A stretch of 43,589 nucleotides of DNA from an uncultured bacterium (GTDB lineage: Bacteria > CAYUVA01). Shown one piece after another: positions 28,429 through 37,705 of the stretch. The position numbers were made by a program, and so were the translations under genes. The DNA lies in NCBI GenBank assembly GCA_964448115.1, contig CAYUVA010000040.1, forward strand, positions 1-43,589, read 5' to 3'. Below the pieces are notes generated by a model. That model was not told the DNA's origin. It ran no database searches and worked only from the letters and a program-made list of their open reading frames with translations. Position 1 is the stretch's first letter. Every line of letters starts with the position of its first letter.

Positions 28429-31239
28429 TTATTCTCCAACCATCAATGATGGCCAGATATCGATATCATAATCTACAGGTGCTCTTATAGTCAGCGGTAA
28501 GCTCATAGCAGGAATACCGCCCGGTAAGTATAATGAGAATGTGTAAATTCCATCTTCGGCTGCCCAATCGCCACCTGATCCATCGTCTAATAGCCTGATC
28601 CCACTATCCACACCTAAGTAGTAAACTGCAAGATCTTGGAGGGCATAATTTGGTATGGCGATCATGGTCAGTTTTCCACCCTCTTGGCTGCTCAGGCGAC
28701 TATCCCAATAACCGGCTAGTTGTATCCTGGCATCAGGTGTTGCTGGAATATCGAAATCATCGAGGTTCACATAGAAACTATCACCGGCTGGTATCATCAC
28801 ATCGTCGGCTGCGAAGCTATCCACAGGCTTACCACTGATGAACAGGGTTATATTTATATCGACCCACATAGTGGCATTCACTGAGCGATAGTTGCTGAAG
28901 ACCATATAAGCCGTATCAGTTTTGGACTGCGCTGGGAGGTTTACCATGCCGCTAAAGGAACGCTGGTCATTGGCGAAGAATTGCGCATTGAATGTTAAAC
29001 CCCGCTCGAAGCGCTCATAGCTACCCGCGCTAGTTACAAAGCCATCGAGATGCCCAGAATCTAGTTTATATGCGAATTGGTCGAGTTTCTTCCCCCCATA
29101 AATAGTCTCGTATTCGATGAAGTATCGAATCATTGCCTGGTAAGTAGGATCCTCGTAATTTGCGCTCGTATATTTGAAGCTGGGAAGCTCGCCGGGAAGC
29201 ACGAATAGCCATGTATATTGAATGTCGGGCACACTCCCTTCGATCACCTTTTCCAAGGCGCTACTCCCAACCGAATCGCTGGTGCTTCGAGCATCAGCCC
29301 AGATATCACGGTTATTGCCAACATGTATATAAGCGATCCCATCGGAGCCGGTGTAACCCTTGGTAGCCGGAATGGGGCACATACCATGTTCAGGCGGTCC
29401 CTCATTGCAGGGCACCCAGATGCTAACATCTGCACCATCTACTGGCTCTCCATTAGCATCCACCACCTCTGCCCTAAGCAGCGCGGTCTGACTATAGCGC
29501 TGGGTTACATTGGTCCAAAGGTTATCTCCTCTAGGCGCCCAAACCCCAGCTATATTCTTGCCACCACCCCAATCTTGATCATAACATACGCCATAATTGT
29601 CGATGCGAGCAATAGTTCCATCCCAGTCGATCTGGAAGGCATGCCAGTAGTCATCGAAAAACTCGTCCCAGACATGATCCCAGGTCGCGTTTATAGCTCC
29701 GGCTGCCGGTACCAGGCATGTCCGGAGTGCAGCTCCGCACAGATCCTGTAATTCACCACAGTTTCCGTTATGCTCGTATAGTACCTGGTTAGGCTGCACA
29801 GGACGGTTGCTCCTAGCCCTGAAAGGTAGAACCTTGGCGCCCCACTGTCCGATCCTGGCTAGGGCAGTATCACCCCATGCCTCGCCGGGCCACCAGTTCT
29901 CCTGGGTCCAATTCCACAAGGCATCGATACCATCAAAGACCTCGTTCAACTGCGGATAGCTCATAAGCTGAATATCATCCGATTTGATGCCCCTGGTATC
30001 CACAAAATCGAAGCCTAGCGGGAGATCCAATCCTGACCAGCTATGGTTGAGATCGCAGGCACCATGGAACTGTAAGATATTGGAACCATAAATATTACTC
30101 TCGAACCATCCCTTGTTGATCTCCATATTTACATAAAATGAGTACGGCTGAGCCGATGGAATGATAACCTTGTCGTAGGTCTGAAGGTTGAATGCCTCGG
30201 ATCCCATGTCAGAGGAACTATAGATATCCACGGTCCAATCCGGGTGCTCAGCGAGCATATTTTCAATGGTGGGCGAGCCAAAGGGATCCCGATCCTTGAA
30301 TATGGCTATGCGTATATTTGTGTCCTCGCCACGGTTGCGGTCGAACTCATTCTCGGTAATCGGTATCTCTCCATTGCCATACATGATGAGATTCTCCAGA
30401 AGCTCTGGATATCCCGCTTCGGCGAGAGCCTCCACAGGGATCATGGTGAAGATATAGCATCCCATATTTCGTGGACCGAACATGAGACATGGCTCGCCGC
30501 TATCGTTATGGGTAATTGCAAAGATCGGAGGATGATTGACATCGTAGCCGGTAAAGTAGCCATAGGTCTTGGGCGTAAAGGTGCCGAAGGAGTCATCTGT
30601 GATGCGGTTGGGGTAGTTCAGGATCGGCATCTCCGTATAGTCGTAATCCAGGCTCGGATTGTAGTAGAAGTACTCACGCCAAAAGTAACCGGCTGTCCAG
30701 TTGGATGGATTATATGCATCGTCCATCTTGGGTGTCTCATCGGTGAATTTAACATGCACCACCCACCAGTAATAGATGTCCGGGTCCAGCTCGAACTCGG
30801 TGCGCATCCCCTCCACGTTCGACCAGTAGCGTAAGGTTGACCAGTACTCATCATCGGTAGCAGGATCGCCATAATCTATGATATCAACATAATCGAGGTT
30901 CTGATCTATCTCGTAAAGCAGTTGGCAATTGATTACTAATAAATTATCAAAGTCGTTTATCTTGTACATCCAGGGTATGACATGCGCCACCAGAAAGCAA
31001 AGTTCATCGCAGATATTCTCTCCCCGGTGGTCAATGATTACTTGTGCCAGTATATCCTGATCTTCACCCATTCGTCTAAGGTTATCTGCAAGATCATTCT
31101 TGAGCCATGATGGGCATATATCTAGCGCAGCCTTACCTGTATCGCTTAAATATCCTGGAACCCCGCCAGCAGCGAGAGCGTTGATTGGAACCAATATTAT
31201 TAGAGCGCATAAGATGGTTATCTTTATAGATTTGTTCAT
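28429..31239 (-). CDS. Secreted transglutaminase-like (Cys-His-Asp) protein with the shared C-terminal GYWD/WPxL domain
   Basis: Signal peptide ending ALA; GGAGG RBS; GNCGELQDL, DHVWDEFF, WHAFQIDW; VVDANGEPVDGADV beta-sandwich; C-terminus IQLAGYWDS...LLDDGSGGD...DGIY...IWPSLMVGE. Confidence 0.82.
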   Translation of the reverse strand: MNKSIKITILCALIILVPINALAAGGVPGYLSDTGKAALDICPSWLKNDLADNLRRMGEDQDILAQVIIDHRGENICDELCFLVAHVIPWMYKINDFDNLLVINCQLLYEIDQNLDYVDIIDYGDPATDDEYWSTLRYWSNVEGMRTEFELDPDIYYWWVVHVKFTDETPKMDDAYNPSNWTAGYFWREYFYYNPSLDYDYTEMPILNYPNRITDDSFGTFTPKTYGYFTGYDVNHPPIFAITHNDSGEPCLMFGPRNMGCYIFTMIPVEALAEAGYPELLENLIMYGNGEIPITENEFDRNRGEDTNIRIAIFKDRDPFGSPTIENMLAEHPDWTVDIYSSSDMGSEAFNLQTYDKVIIPSAQPYSFYVNMEINKGWFESNIYGSNILQFHGACDLNHSWSGLDLPLGFDFVDTRGIKSDDIQLMSYPQLNEVFDGIDALWNWTQENWWPGEAWGDTALARIGQWGAKVLPFRARSNRPVQPNQVLYEHNGNCGELQDLCGAALRTCLVPAAGAINATWDHVWDEFFDDYWHAFQIDWDGTIARIDNYGVCYDQDWGGGKNIAGVWAPRGDNLWTNVTQRYSQTALLRAEVVDANGEPVDGADVSIWVPCNEGPPEHGMCPIPATKGYTGSDGIAYIHVGNNRDIWADARSTSDSVGSSALEKVIEGSVPDIQYTWLFVLPGELPSFKYTSANYEDPTYQAMIRYFIEYETIYGGKKLDQFAYKLDSGHLDGFVTSAGSYERFERGLTFNAQFFANDQRSFSGMVNLPAQSKTDTAYMVFSNYRSVNATMWVDINITLFISGKPVDSFAADDVMIPAGDSFYVNLDDFDIPATPDARIQLAGYWDSRLSSQEGGKLTMIAIPNYALQDLAVYYLGVDSGIRLLDDGSGGDWAAEDGIYTFSLYLPGGIPAMSLPLTIRAPVDYDIDIWPSLMVGE

Positions 31240-31294
31240 CTTTGATAGCCTCCGTGATTTGATGCTATTGCCATTTACATCCCCTTTTTTGTCA

Positions 31295-31323
31295 ATTATA
31301 TAGCAAATAGTATGCTGTGTCTA
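31295..31323 (-). promoter_or_regulatory. Putative sigma70 promoter of the transglutaminase-like gene
   Basis: Minus strand TAGACA-17 nt-TATAAT, 56 nt upstream of the ATG. Confidence 0.55.
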
Positions 31324-31356
31324 TAAGCACCTGACATGGAAATCTGAAGTAAATTA

Positions 31357-31428
31357 ACCACCGTGGCACAGTCGAAACACCTCGCACTTCACACCATTTT
31401 CTCTTTGCATTCTTTGTGTCTTTGTGTG
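31357..31428. repeat. Intergenic short tandem repeats of the same families as at 5-112
   Basis: Minus strand reads CACACAAAGA CACAAAGA ATGCAAAGA and TGGTGTGAAGTGCGAGGTG. Confidence 0.65.
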
Positions 31429-31461
31429 AGGCTCTTTCCTTTACTGATGTCCCAAGCCTAC

Positions 31462-33573
31462 TTACGACTGGGGTTGGTATTGTAACTGATATAATCGCCA
31501 ATATGCTCCCTGTTTTTTTAAGAGCTCGTTATGGCTGCCCATTTCGACAATAGCGCCATCTTTTATGACGATTATCTTATCGACCCGCTGGATTGTGGAG
31601 AGACGATGGGCGATGATGATGCTGGTTCTCCCTTTCATCAGTTTTGCCAGCGCGTCCTGGATGAGCAGCTCGGTCTCGGTGTCGATATTGGCGGTCGCCT
31701 CGTCAAGTACCAGGATCTTCGGGTCAAAAGCCAACGCTCGTGCAAAGGCAAGTAGCTGCCTTTGTCCCATTGAAAGCGTGCTTCCACGCTCGGTTACTGG
31801 TTCATCGTATTTTGCTGGCAGGCGCTGGATGAACTTGTCAGCATTGACATATCGGGAGACCTGCTCGATGCGATCCAATCCTATGCTCTCATCGCCAAGG
31901 CTGATATTATTTTTTATATCGCCTGAGAATAAAAACACATCCTGCATTACAATGGCGATGTTGCGCCTGAGCATATAGCGATCCAGGCTATTGATATCCC
32001 TTCCGTCAATAAGGATGCTCCCTTTTTGCACATCGTAGAACCTGCCCAGTAGATTTATGATCGTGGACTTGCCGGCACCGGTTGCCCCGACCAGCGCCAC
32101 GCTTTCACCTGGTTTGGCGTGGAAGGAGATCCCCTTGAGTACCCATTCATCCTGGTTGTAAGCGAACCAGACATCCTTGAATTCGACCTCACCTTTGAGC
32201 TGATCAATGGTCTTGAGATCACCTTCCCCTTCAGATTCGACCTTACGGTCAAGGATCTCGAAAATGCGCTCCGAGGCAGCCATCGCAGCCTGAAGGAGGT
32301 TGTACTGCTCGCTCAGCTCGCGGATGGGGCGGAAGAACATCTGGATATAGGATAGAAAGGCGGTCAGCTCGCCAATGGTCAGCGAATTCTGAATAACCTT
32401 GCCACCGCCAAAGTAGATGATAAGCGCAATGCCAAACGAGTCGATTACCTGAACCATTGGCCAGAACGATGATTCGGTAACTAGTTGCTTTATATTGGCT
32501 CTGAAGTAGTCTTGATTTATATCAGAGAACAGCTTACTGTTCTGCCTTTCTCGTCTGAAAAGCTGAGTTACCCTGATCCCGGAGATGTGCTCGGAAAGGG
32601 TTGCGTTTATCCGAGCCAGCTTTACGCGCACCATGCGATAGGTCTTTCTTAGGGCAGTGCGCATGAACACGGTTAGCAATATAAGCAGCGGGATAACAGA
32701 GAAGCCGATCAGTGCCAGACGCCAGTTCATCACCAGCATCACGATAACGATGCCGATGATGAAGAAAAACTGCTTGAAGAAGTTGATGATCACCGAGGAG
32801 AAGGTCTCAGAGAGGGCGTTTATATCGTTGGTTGTCCTGGTTACCAGCCTGCCGGTGGGGGTTTTGTCAAAGAACGATAGTGGCATACGCTGGATGTGAT
32901 TGAAGGTTTGGCGGCGGATATCGTACATGCTCTTTTGTCCAACAAAGGTCAGAAGGTAAACCTGGAAATAGCCAAAGACGAAATTGATCGCCATGAAAAT
33001 AAGGTAAAGCAAGCCAAACATGAGCACCATCTTGAGATCGTATCGCCGGATCTTCAGCAATTGCAGCGGTGTCAGCTTTTTTAGCTCGCCCTGTGATACG
33101 AGCATAGCTCCACCTTCGCCACCGAGGTAAGCCACATTTCCCTTGATAATGGACTCGATCTCAGCGAATTGACTATCCTCATATCGTGCAGGGTCGATAT
33201 GGTAGTATCTCTCCTTTTCAAGAACCTCAGCCTTTTCCAGCAGAACGATCTCCCCGGCATCAAGGTATTTAGAGTCTATGATGTAGATACCCTCGGCAAA
33301 TCGATCCAGATGTCCAAGATTATGTATCTTCAGGTCAGTTGTATCACCCTGGTACCTAATCAGCCTTGTATTGGGGATGATGTAGCTGTCGATGACTATC
33401 TTGGTTAAAAAAGGTAGGGACAAGTCTAGTGTGGCAACGAACATTAGAAGCGCAATGGATGTGATCGCATACCAGCGATATGGCTTCATATAAGCCAGGA
33501 TGCGCTTGAAAAGCCTGATATCATAAATCTTGCCCAGGCTCTCTTCCTCGTGATATCTGCCTTGTCCGTGCAT
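31462..33573 (-). CDS. ABC exporter half-transporter (TMD+NBD), MdlB/YheH-like subunit
   Basis: Six TM segments; Walker A GATGAGKS; signature LSMGQ; Walker B ILVLDE; AHRLST. Confidence 0.93.
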   Translation of the reverse strand: MHGQGRYHEEESLGKIYDIRLFKRILAYMKPYRWYAITSIALLMFVATLDLSLPFLTKIVIDSYIIPNTRLIRYQGDTTDLKIHNLGHLDRFAEGIYIIDSKYLDAGEIVLLEKAEVLEKERYYHIDPARYEDSQFAEIESIIKGNVAYLGGEGGAMLVSQGELKKLTPLQLLKIRRYDLKMVLMFGLLYLIFMAINFVFGYFQVYLLTFVGQKSMYDIRRQTFNHIQRMPLSFFDKTPTGRLVTRTTNDINALSETFSSVIINFFKQFFFIIGIVIVMLVMNWRLALIGFSVIPLLILLTVFMRTALRKTYRMVRVKLARINATLSEHISGIRVTQLFRRERQNSKLFSDINQDYFRANIKQLVTESSFWPMVQVIDSFGIALIIYFGGGKVIQNSLTIGELTAFLSYIQMFFRPIRELSEQYNLLQAAMAASERIFEILDRKVESEGEGDLKTIDQLKGEVEFKDVWFAYNQDEWVLKGISFHAKPGESVALVGATGAGKSTIINLLGRFYDVQKGSILIDGRDINSLDRYMLRRNIAIVMQDVFLFSGDIKNNISLGDESIGLDRIEQVSRYVNADKFIQRLPAKYDEPVTERGSTLSMGQRQLLAFARALAFDPKILVLDEATANIDTETELLIQDALAKLMKGRTSIIIAHRLSTIQRVDKIIVIKDGAIVEMGSHNELLKKQGAYWRLYQLQYQPQS

Positions 33574-33587
33574 CGAATTACGCTTGG

Positions 33588-35342
33588 TTAATGCTCCGTG
33601 TTATTGTCGGTTGCCTGCCACTGGTATAGCCGATAGTAATATCCCTTGAGCGCAAGAAGCTCCTGGTGTGTTCCCTGTTCGGTTATAACTCCATCATCAA
33701 TGACATAAATTCGGTCTGCATCGACCACTGCCGCAGCCCGGTGGGTAATGATTATGGATGTTCGTTGGCGCATGAATGACTTGAGCTGCTTCAATATTTT
33801 CTCTTCGGTCCTGGTATCGACCGCGCTCAGGGCATCATCGAGTATTAGGATCTTGGGGTCGATGGCAACTGCCCTGGCAATGGATACCCTCTGTTTCTGC
33901 CCGCCGGAGAGGGTTACACCCCGCTCGCCGACCATGGTCTCATAGTGGTCAGGGAAGCTCTGAATATCGCCATCGATATTCGCCATGCGCGCAGCCTCCA
34001 TCACATCATCGATGGATAGCATTGGCACCCCATATCTTATGTTATCAGCGATCGACATCGAGTACAGGAATGGGTCCTGGGGCACGAAGCCAATATTCTT
34101 GCGCAATATGTGCAATGGAATACGATTGATATCCACGCCATCGATGAATATCGTGTTTTGGGGAACCGTGAATATCCGTGGTAAAAGATGAGCCAATGTC
34201 GATTTCCCAGCCCCGGTTCTGCCGATGATGCCGATGGTCTCCCCTTGTTTGATCCTCATACTGATATCGCGCAGCACTGGTTCCAATCCAGGAAGATACC
34301 TGAAGGTCAGGTTGCGGATCTCTATGTCGCCCTTGATATCCTCGACTGGCAGCACATGCGGGGCATCCTTTATCTCAGGCTCGGTAGCAAGGATCTTGTT
34401 GATCCTCTCCATCGATGCCTTTCCCCGCTCATACAAGTTAACCACCCAGCCTATTGCTATCATCGGCCAGATGAGAAGGTCGAGGTATGCAGTGAATGCC
34501 ACGAAATCGCCGATGCTCATCTGCCCTAGGATGACCTTCCTGCCACCATAAAAGAGTAAAAGCGCTTGTGAGATGCCGATTATAGAGCCGATCATGGGCA
34601 TAAGTATCCCCCAGACTCGAATCAGGCGGATGTTTTTCTCCAAATAGTCCTTGTTGAACTTGCTAAAGCGCTTCTCCTCATTGTCCTCCTGGGCATAGCC
34701 CTTAACAACTCGTATCCCCGTGTAGGTCTCTTGCACCTTGTCGGTAAGCTGGGAGAATGATTCCTGCACGGCGCGAAAGCGGGTGTGCAGCATCTTGGAG
34801 AACCTGAATACTACGAACGAAAGCACCGGCAGTGGGATCATTGTAACCAGGGTGAGGGAGGGGCTGATGGTGAGCATTAGTATAATGGAAGCCAGCGATA
34901 GAAGGGTCGCATCCGTGGCAGCGACCAGCGCTATGCCCGTTGCCATGCGTACCGCCTCGATATCATTGGTGGCATGTGCCATCAGGTCCCCGGTCTTGGT
35001 GCGGTTGAAGTAGCTGAAGGAGAGGGTCTGGATATGATCGAAGAATTTCTGACGCAGATCGCGCTCTATGCGCCGCGAAGCCCCGATTATCAAGGTTCGC
35101 CACGCGAAACGGGTCAGGGCGATGCCGACCGATAGCAGGACTATGTATGCGCCATATTTGAGCAGAACTTCGGAAGCCTTCAAGCCGGTAGCGAGGTCAT
35201 CCACCACCCATTTGAAGACCTTGGGGATTACCAGTTGGAGACCATCGACACAGACAAGGCTGATCAAGCCGATGATATAGAACCACTTGTACCGTTTTAT
35301 TGAGTCGGCGATGTTATCGAAGACTTTAGGTATAATTCTCAT
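33588..35342 (-). CDS. ABC exporter half-transporter (TMD+NBD), MdlA/YheI-like subunit
   Basis: TGDLMAHATNDI; Walker A GRTGAGKS; GERGVTLSGGQKQR; Walker B ILILDD; THR. The ATG at 35342 is preferred over the track start at 35366. Confidence 0.93.
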   Translation of the reverse strand: MRIIPKVFDNIADSIKRYKWFYIIGLISLVCVDGLQLVIPKVFKWVVDDLATGLKASEVLLKYGAYIVLLSVGIALTRFAWRTLIIGASRRIERDLRQKFFDHIQTLSFSYFNRTKTGDLMAHATNDIEAVRMATGIALVAATDATLLSLASIILMLTISPSLTLVTMIPLPVLSFVVFRFSKMLHTRFRAVQESFSQLTDKVQETYTGIRVVKGYAQEDNEEKRFSKFNKDYLEKNIRLIRVWGILMPMIGSIIGISQALLLFYGGRKVILGQMSIGDFVAFTAYLDLLIWPMIAIGWVVNLYERGKASMERINKILATEPEIKDAPHVLPVEDIKGDIEIRNLTFRYLPGLEPVLRDISMRIKQGETIGIIGRTGAGKSTLAHLLPRIFTVPQNTIFIDGVDINRIPLHILRKNIGFVPQDPFLYSMSIADNIRYGVPMLSIDDVMEAARMANIDGDIQSFPDHYETMVGERGVTLSGGQKQRVSIARAVAIDPKILILDDALSAVDTRTEEKILKQLKSFMRQRTSIIITHRAAAVVDADRIYVIDDGVITEQGTHQELLALKGYYYRLYQWQATDNNTEH

Positions 35343-35378
35343 CGAGACACACCAAGATATTGGCAAATTAGCCGATAA

Positions 35379-35407
35379 AATTTAGGAAAAATGCCCACCA
35401 ATGTCAA
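35379..35407 (-). promoter_or_regulatory. Putative sigma70 promoter of the ABC exporter pair
   Basis: Minus strand TTGACA-17 nt-TAAATT. Confidence 0.5.
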
Positions 35408-35465
35408 AAGGTGCTTTGCAGGTACACTCTACGAAAGCTTGACAGGGTATAGGATGGAAGTCCTG

Positions 35466-37001
35466 TTACAATATCGTTCTTTTTAGGTATAAATAGACAT
35501 CCCTAGACAGGGTTAGGGGATCGCGTAAAATCCTCTGCTTGATTGGCTCCCTCCCCTCCAGATCGAGATATTGCCTCAAGATGGTCGCCCTCAGCGGCTT
35601 ATCGTAGATTAAATGCTCCCGTAGGGCATTCATCGCGCTTTGAGTTACCTTGTCGATAAGAAAATACATTTCGGGATATACCCTTTGGATAAAATAATGC
35701 ACCTGCTGCGCCCAGCGGCGATGCAGCTTTATTATGCCGGCAAGATCATTGCTTGAATATGAAAGGTGTATCAACTCAGGATATATTTCGAGCAGCCTGG
35801 AATCCTCGTAATACAAGAAGGCATAGACGAGCTGGAGCATATCAACCAGGTTTATCCTGTCCATTGGCTTCAAATAGAAGAAATCAGCAAAGGGATTTCT
35901 CATGTAATAGACATCATTCGGTTCCCTCTGGGTAATCCCGCCTACCGACACCATCCTGTACAGGCAGGGGATGCACGATCCGCAGTGCTCGGAGACTATC
36001 TTGCGCGAGGTCATGCAGGAGTGCGTAACTGATATAACATCCTCAGCACGATTGGCAAATAATACCTTGACTACATCCTGTTTGGTTTGATCCGCGAAGA
36101 GATTCGCTATTCTTAATGGCTTATTAAAAACAGAGGATATGAGTCGCTCCAACATCGAAAGGAAATAAGGATGCGCGGTCTTGGTGGAGTAGCTCCCGAT
36201 GCGCCCCGATGTAAGCGGTAGGTTGTAGGCTATAATTCCATTTTCGTTTATGTAGATTTCAAGGCAACCTAAAGCAGCGCTAGCGATCGCAGCAAATCCC
36301 AGGAATAGCAAGGATCTGCTGCGCTGGCTCGGCTCTGCTTTTCTGGTTACCCCTTTCAGGTTGCAGCGAAGAAAAATGATGGGCAGGATGGTGTCCCTTT
36401 CAAATAAGCGCGAGATACCGTTAATCACCCGCTCGCTGGAGGCTTTTTCATTGGTATAATGGCGCAAGAACAACGGCTTTCTGCCATCCTTGAGCAGCTT
36501 GACCGCCCCGGCTGCTGAATCGAGTCCACCGGAAAGCAAGGCTACACAATCACACCCCTGTATTCGATTGTTTATCTCTCCTCGTTTTTTCAATATAGGA
36601 GTGTCATCCCTTGCTAGCGTGTAGAAATTTAATTCTACTATATCTCCGCATAGAAACGATAGCAGCTTCTCGAAATCCGCCTTGCATGCATCCCAGTATC
36701 CAGGCTCTCGAAGTGCAAGATGAAGTCTAATGCTTCGCTGCCAGGAAAGCAGGTCCCCCCCGCGCTGGCAGCAGAGATCAGCCATGTATATGCCGCTTAT
36801 AATGTCGAGGAAATCGCGCTCCCTGGCAGACAAGCCGCCAACTTTAAGCGCATTCAACTTGTTGTATGGTATGTAGCAATTATGTGGATGATCAAGGCTG
36901 CGCAGGACATATTGGCGTTTTATCTTTCCTGGAGATGAAATTAACTTCAGGTCTTTTTCGGATAGGTTCAGCGCTACGCTATAGACACCAGGCTTGCTCA
37001 T
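35466..37001 (-). CDS. QueC-family ATP pyrophosphatase of the QatC type
   Basis: PP-loop ALLSGGLDS; EPSQRSRSLLFL; NENG..AYNLPLT..RIGSYSTKTAHP; N.F...TK; Zn site THSC...HCGSCIPCLYR; N-terminal D...I...IY.AD...R....WQR.I.L domain, absent from tRNA-pathway QueC. Confidence 0.85.
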   Translation of the reverse strand: MSKPGVYSVALNLSEKDLKLISSPGKIKRQYVLRSLDHPHNCYIPYNKLNALKVGGLSARERDFLDIISGIYMADLCCQRGGDLLSWQRSIRLHLALREPGYWDACKADFEKLLSFLCGDIVELNFYTLARDDTPILKKRGEINNRIQGCDCVALLSGGLDSAAGAVKLLKDGRKPLFLRHYTNEKASSERVINGISRLFERDTILPIIFLRCNLKGVTRKAEPSQRSRSLLFLGFAAIASAALGCLEIYINENGIIAYNLPLTSGRIGSYSTKTAHPYFLSMLERLISSVFNKPLRIANLFADQTKQDVVKVLFANRAEDVISVTHSCMTSRKIVSEHCGSCIPCLYRMVSVGGITQREPNDVYYMRNPFADFFYLKPMDRINLVDMLQLVYAFLYYEDSRLLEIYPELIHLSYSSNDLAGIIKLHRRWAQQVHYFIQRVYPEMYFLIDKVTQSAMNALREHLIYDKPLRATILRQYLDLEGREPIKQRILRDPLTLSRDVYLYLKRTIL

Positions 37002-37669
37002 AAGCCGAGGGCATGTTTTTTAAAGCTCTCTGCGAACTTGCCGAGCAGGTTCTTAGCTTTTTTTCGACTCATCGCTTCACCGCTTTTCGCCTTGAAAAGC
37101 CTTTCGATCCTCATCCCAGATAGCGCCTTATCTGCGGTCTGTTTGCAATACTCGTGGAGACGCTCCGTGTCCTGCTGATGGCTGGGCATGGATGAAAAGG
37201 CGCTTTTACCAAAGTTCCTCGATAGCTCGCCAGAGATGATGTGACTAAACCATTGGAAATAATAATCTGCCAAGAAGTCATGGATGTTAGCGCTTATTCG
37301 CTTAGCCGGCTCGGTTTCTCCTGGCTCACCTGAAAGCGGTGTCTGTTTCAAGCTATTTACTAGCTTTGTCCAAGACCTTTCCAGCAAAACTTCCTTTATA
37401 CGGTCAATTCTCCCCTTGGCTTCATGGCTAAGATCATCGATGATATTGGGGGATAGTTCTAGCTTACCAACATAGTAATCGTTCAGCCGTGAAGCAATGA
37501 TCTCCATTATTTCAGCCTCGCGTTCGCCGTTGAAAAGCTCCGGATAAACATCGCCGACTGTGGAGATTATCTCAGCTACAAGCTTTTCGGGGAATTGGCT
37601 CCCTTGCTGGATCTCCTCTCGGATTCGTCGCCATGGTCTTGGCAGATTAACTGTGGTGGATGTTCCCAT
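36998..37669 (-). CDS. Helical protein with N-terminal MGTS; putative QatB-like partner/substrate of the QueC-like enzyme
   Basis: 223 aa, begins MGTSTT; its stop overlaps the QueC-like start (ATGA). The QatB assignment rests on the N-terminus and gene position only. Confidence 0.55.
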   Translation of the reverse strand: MGTSTTVNLPRPWRRIREEIQQGSQFPEKLVAEIISTVGDVYPELFNGEREAEIMEIIASRLNDYYVGKLELSPNIIDDLSHEAKGRIDRIKEVLLERSWTKLVNSLKQTPLSGEPGETEPAKRISANIHDFLADYYFQWFSHIISGELSRNFGKSAFSSMPSHQQDTERLHEYCKQTADKALSGMRIERLFKAKSGEAMSRKKAKNLLGKFAESFKKHALGL

Positions 37670-37705
37670 TTATTAGGCTTTCATCTGTGTTTATAGGAAC
37701 CATGC

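Noticed and set aside
35466-37001. Housekeeping queuosine-pathway queC
   Set aside because: At 511 aa it is about twice the usual length, has QatC-type motifs and an extra N-terminal domain, and has no queD/queE/queF neighbours.
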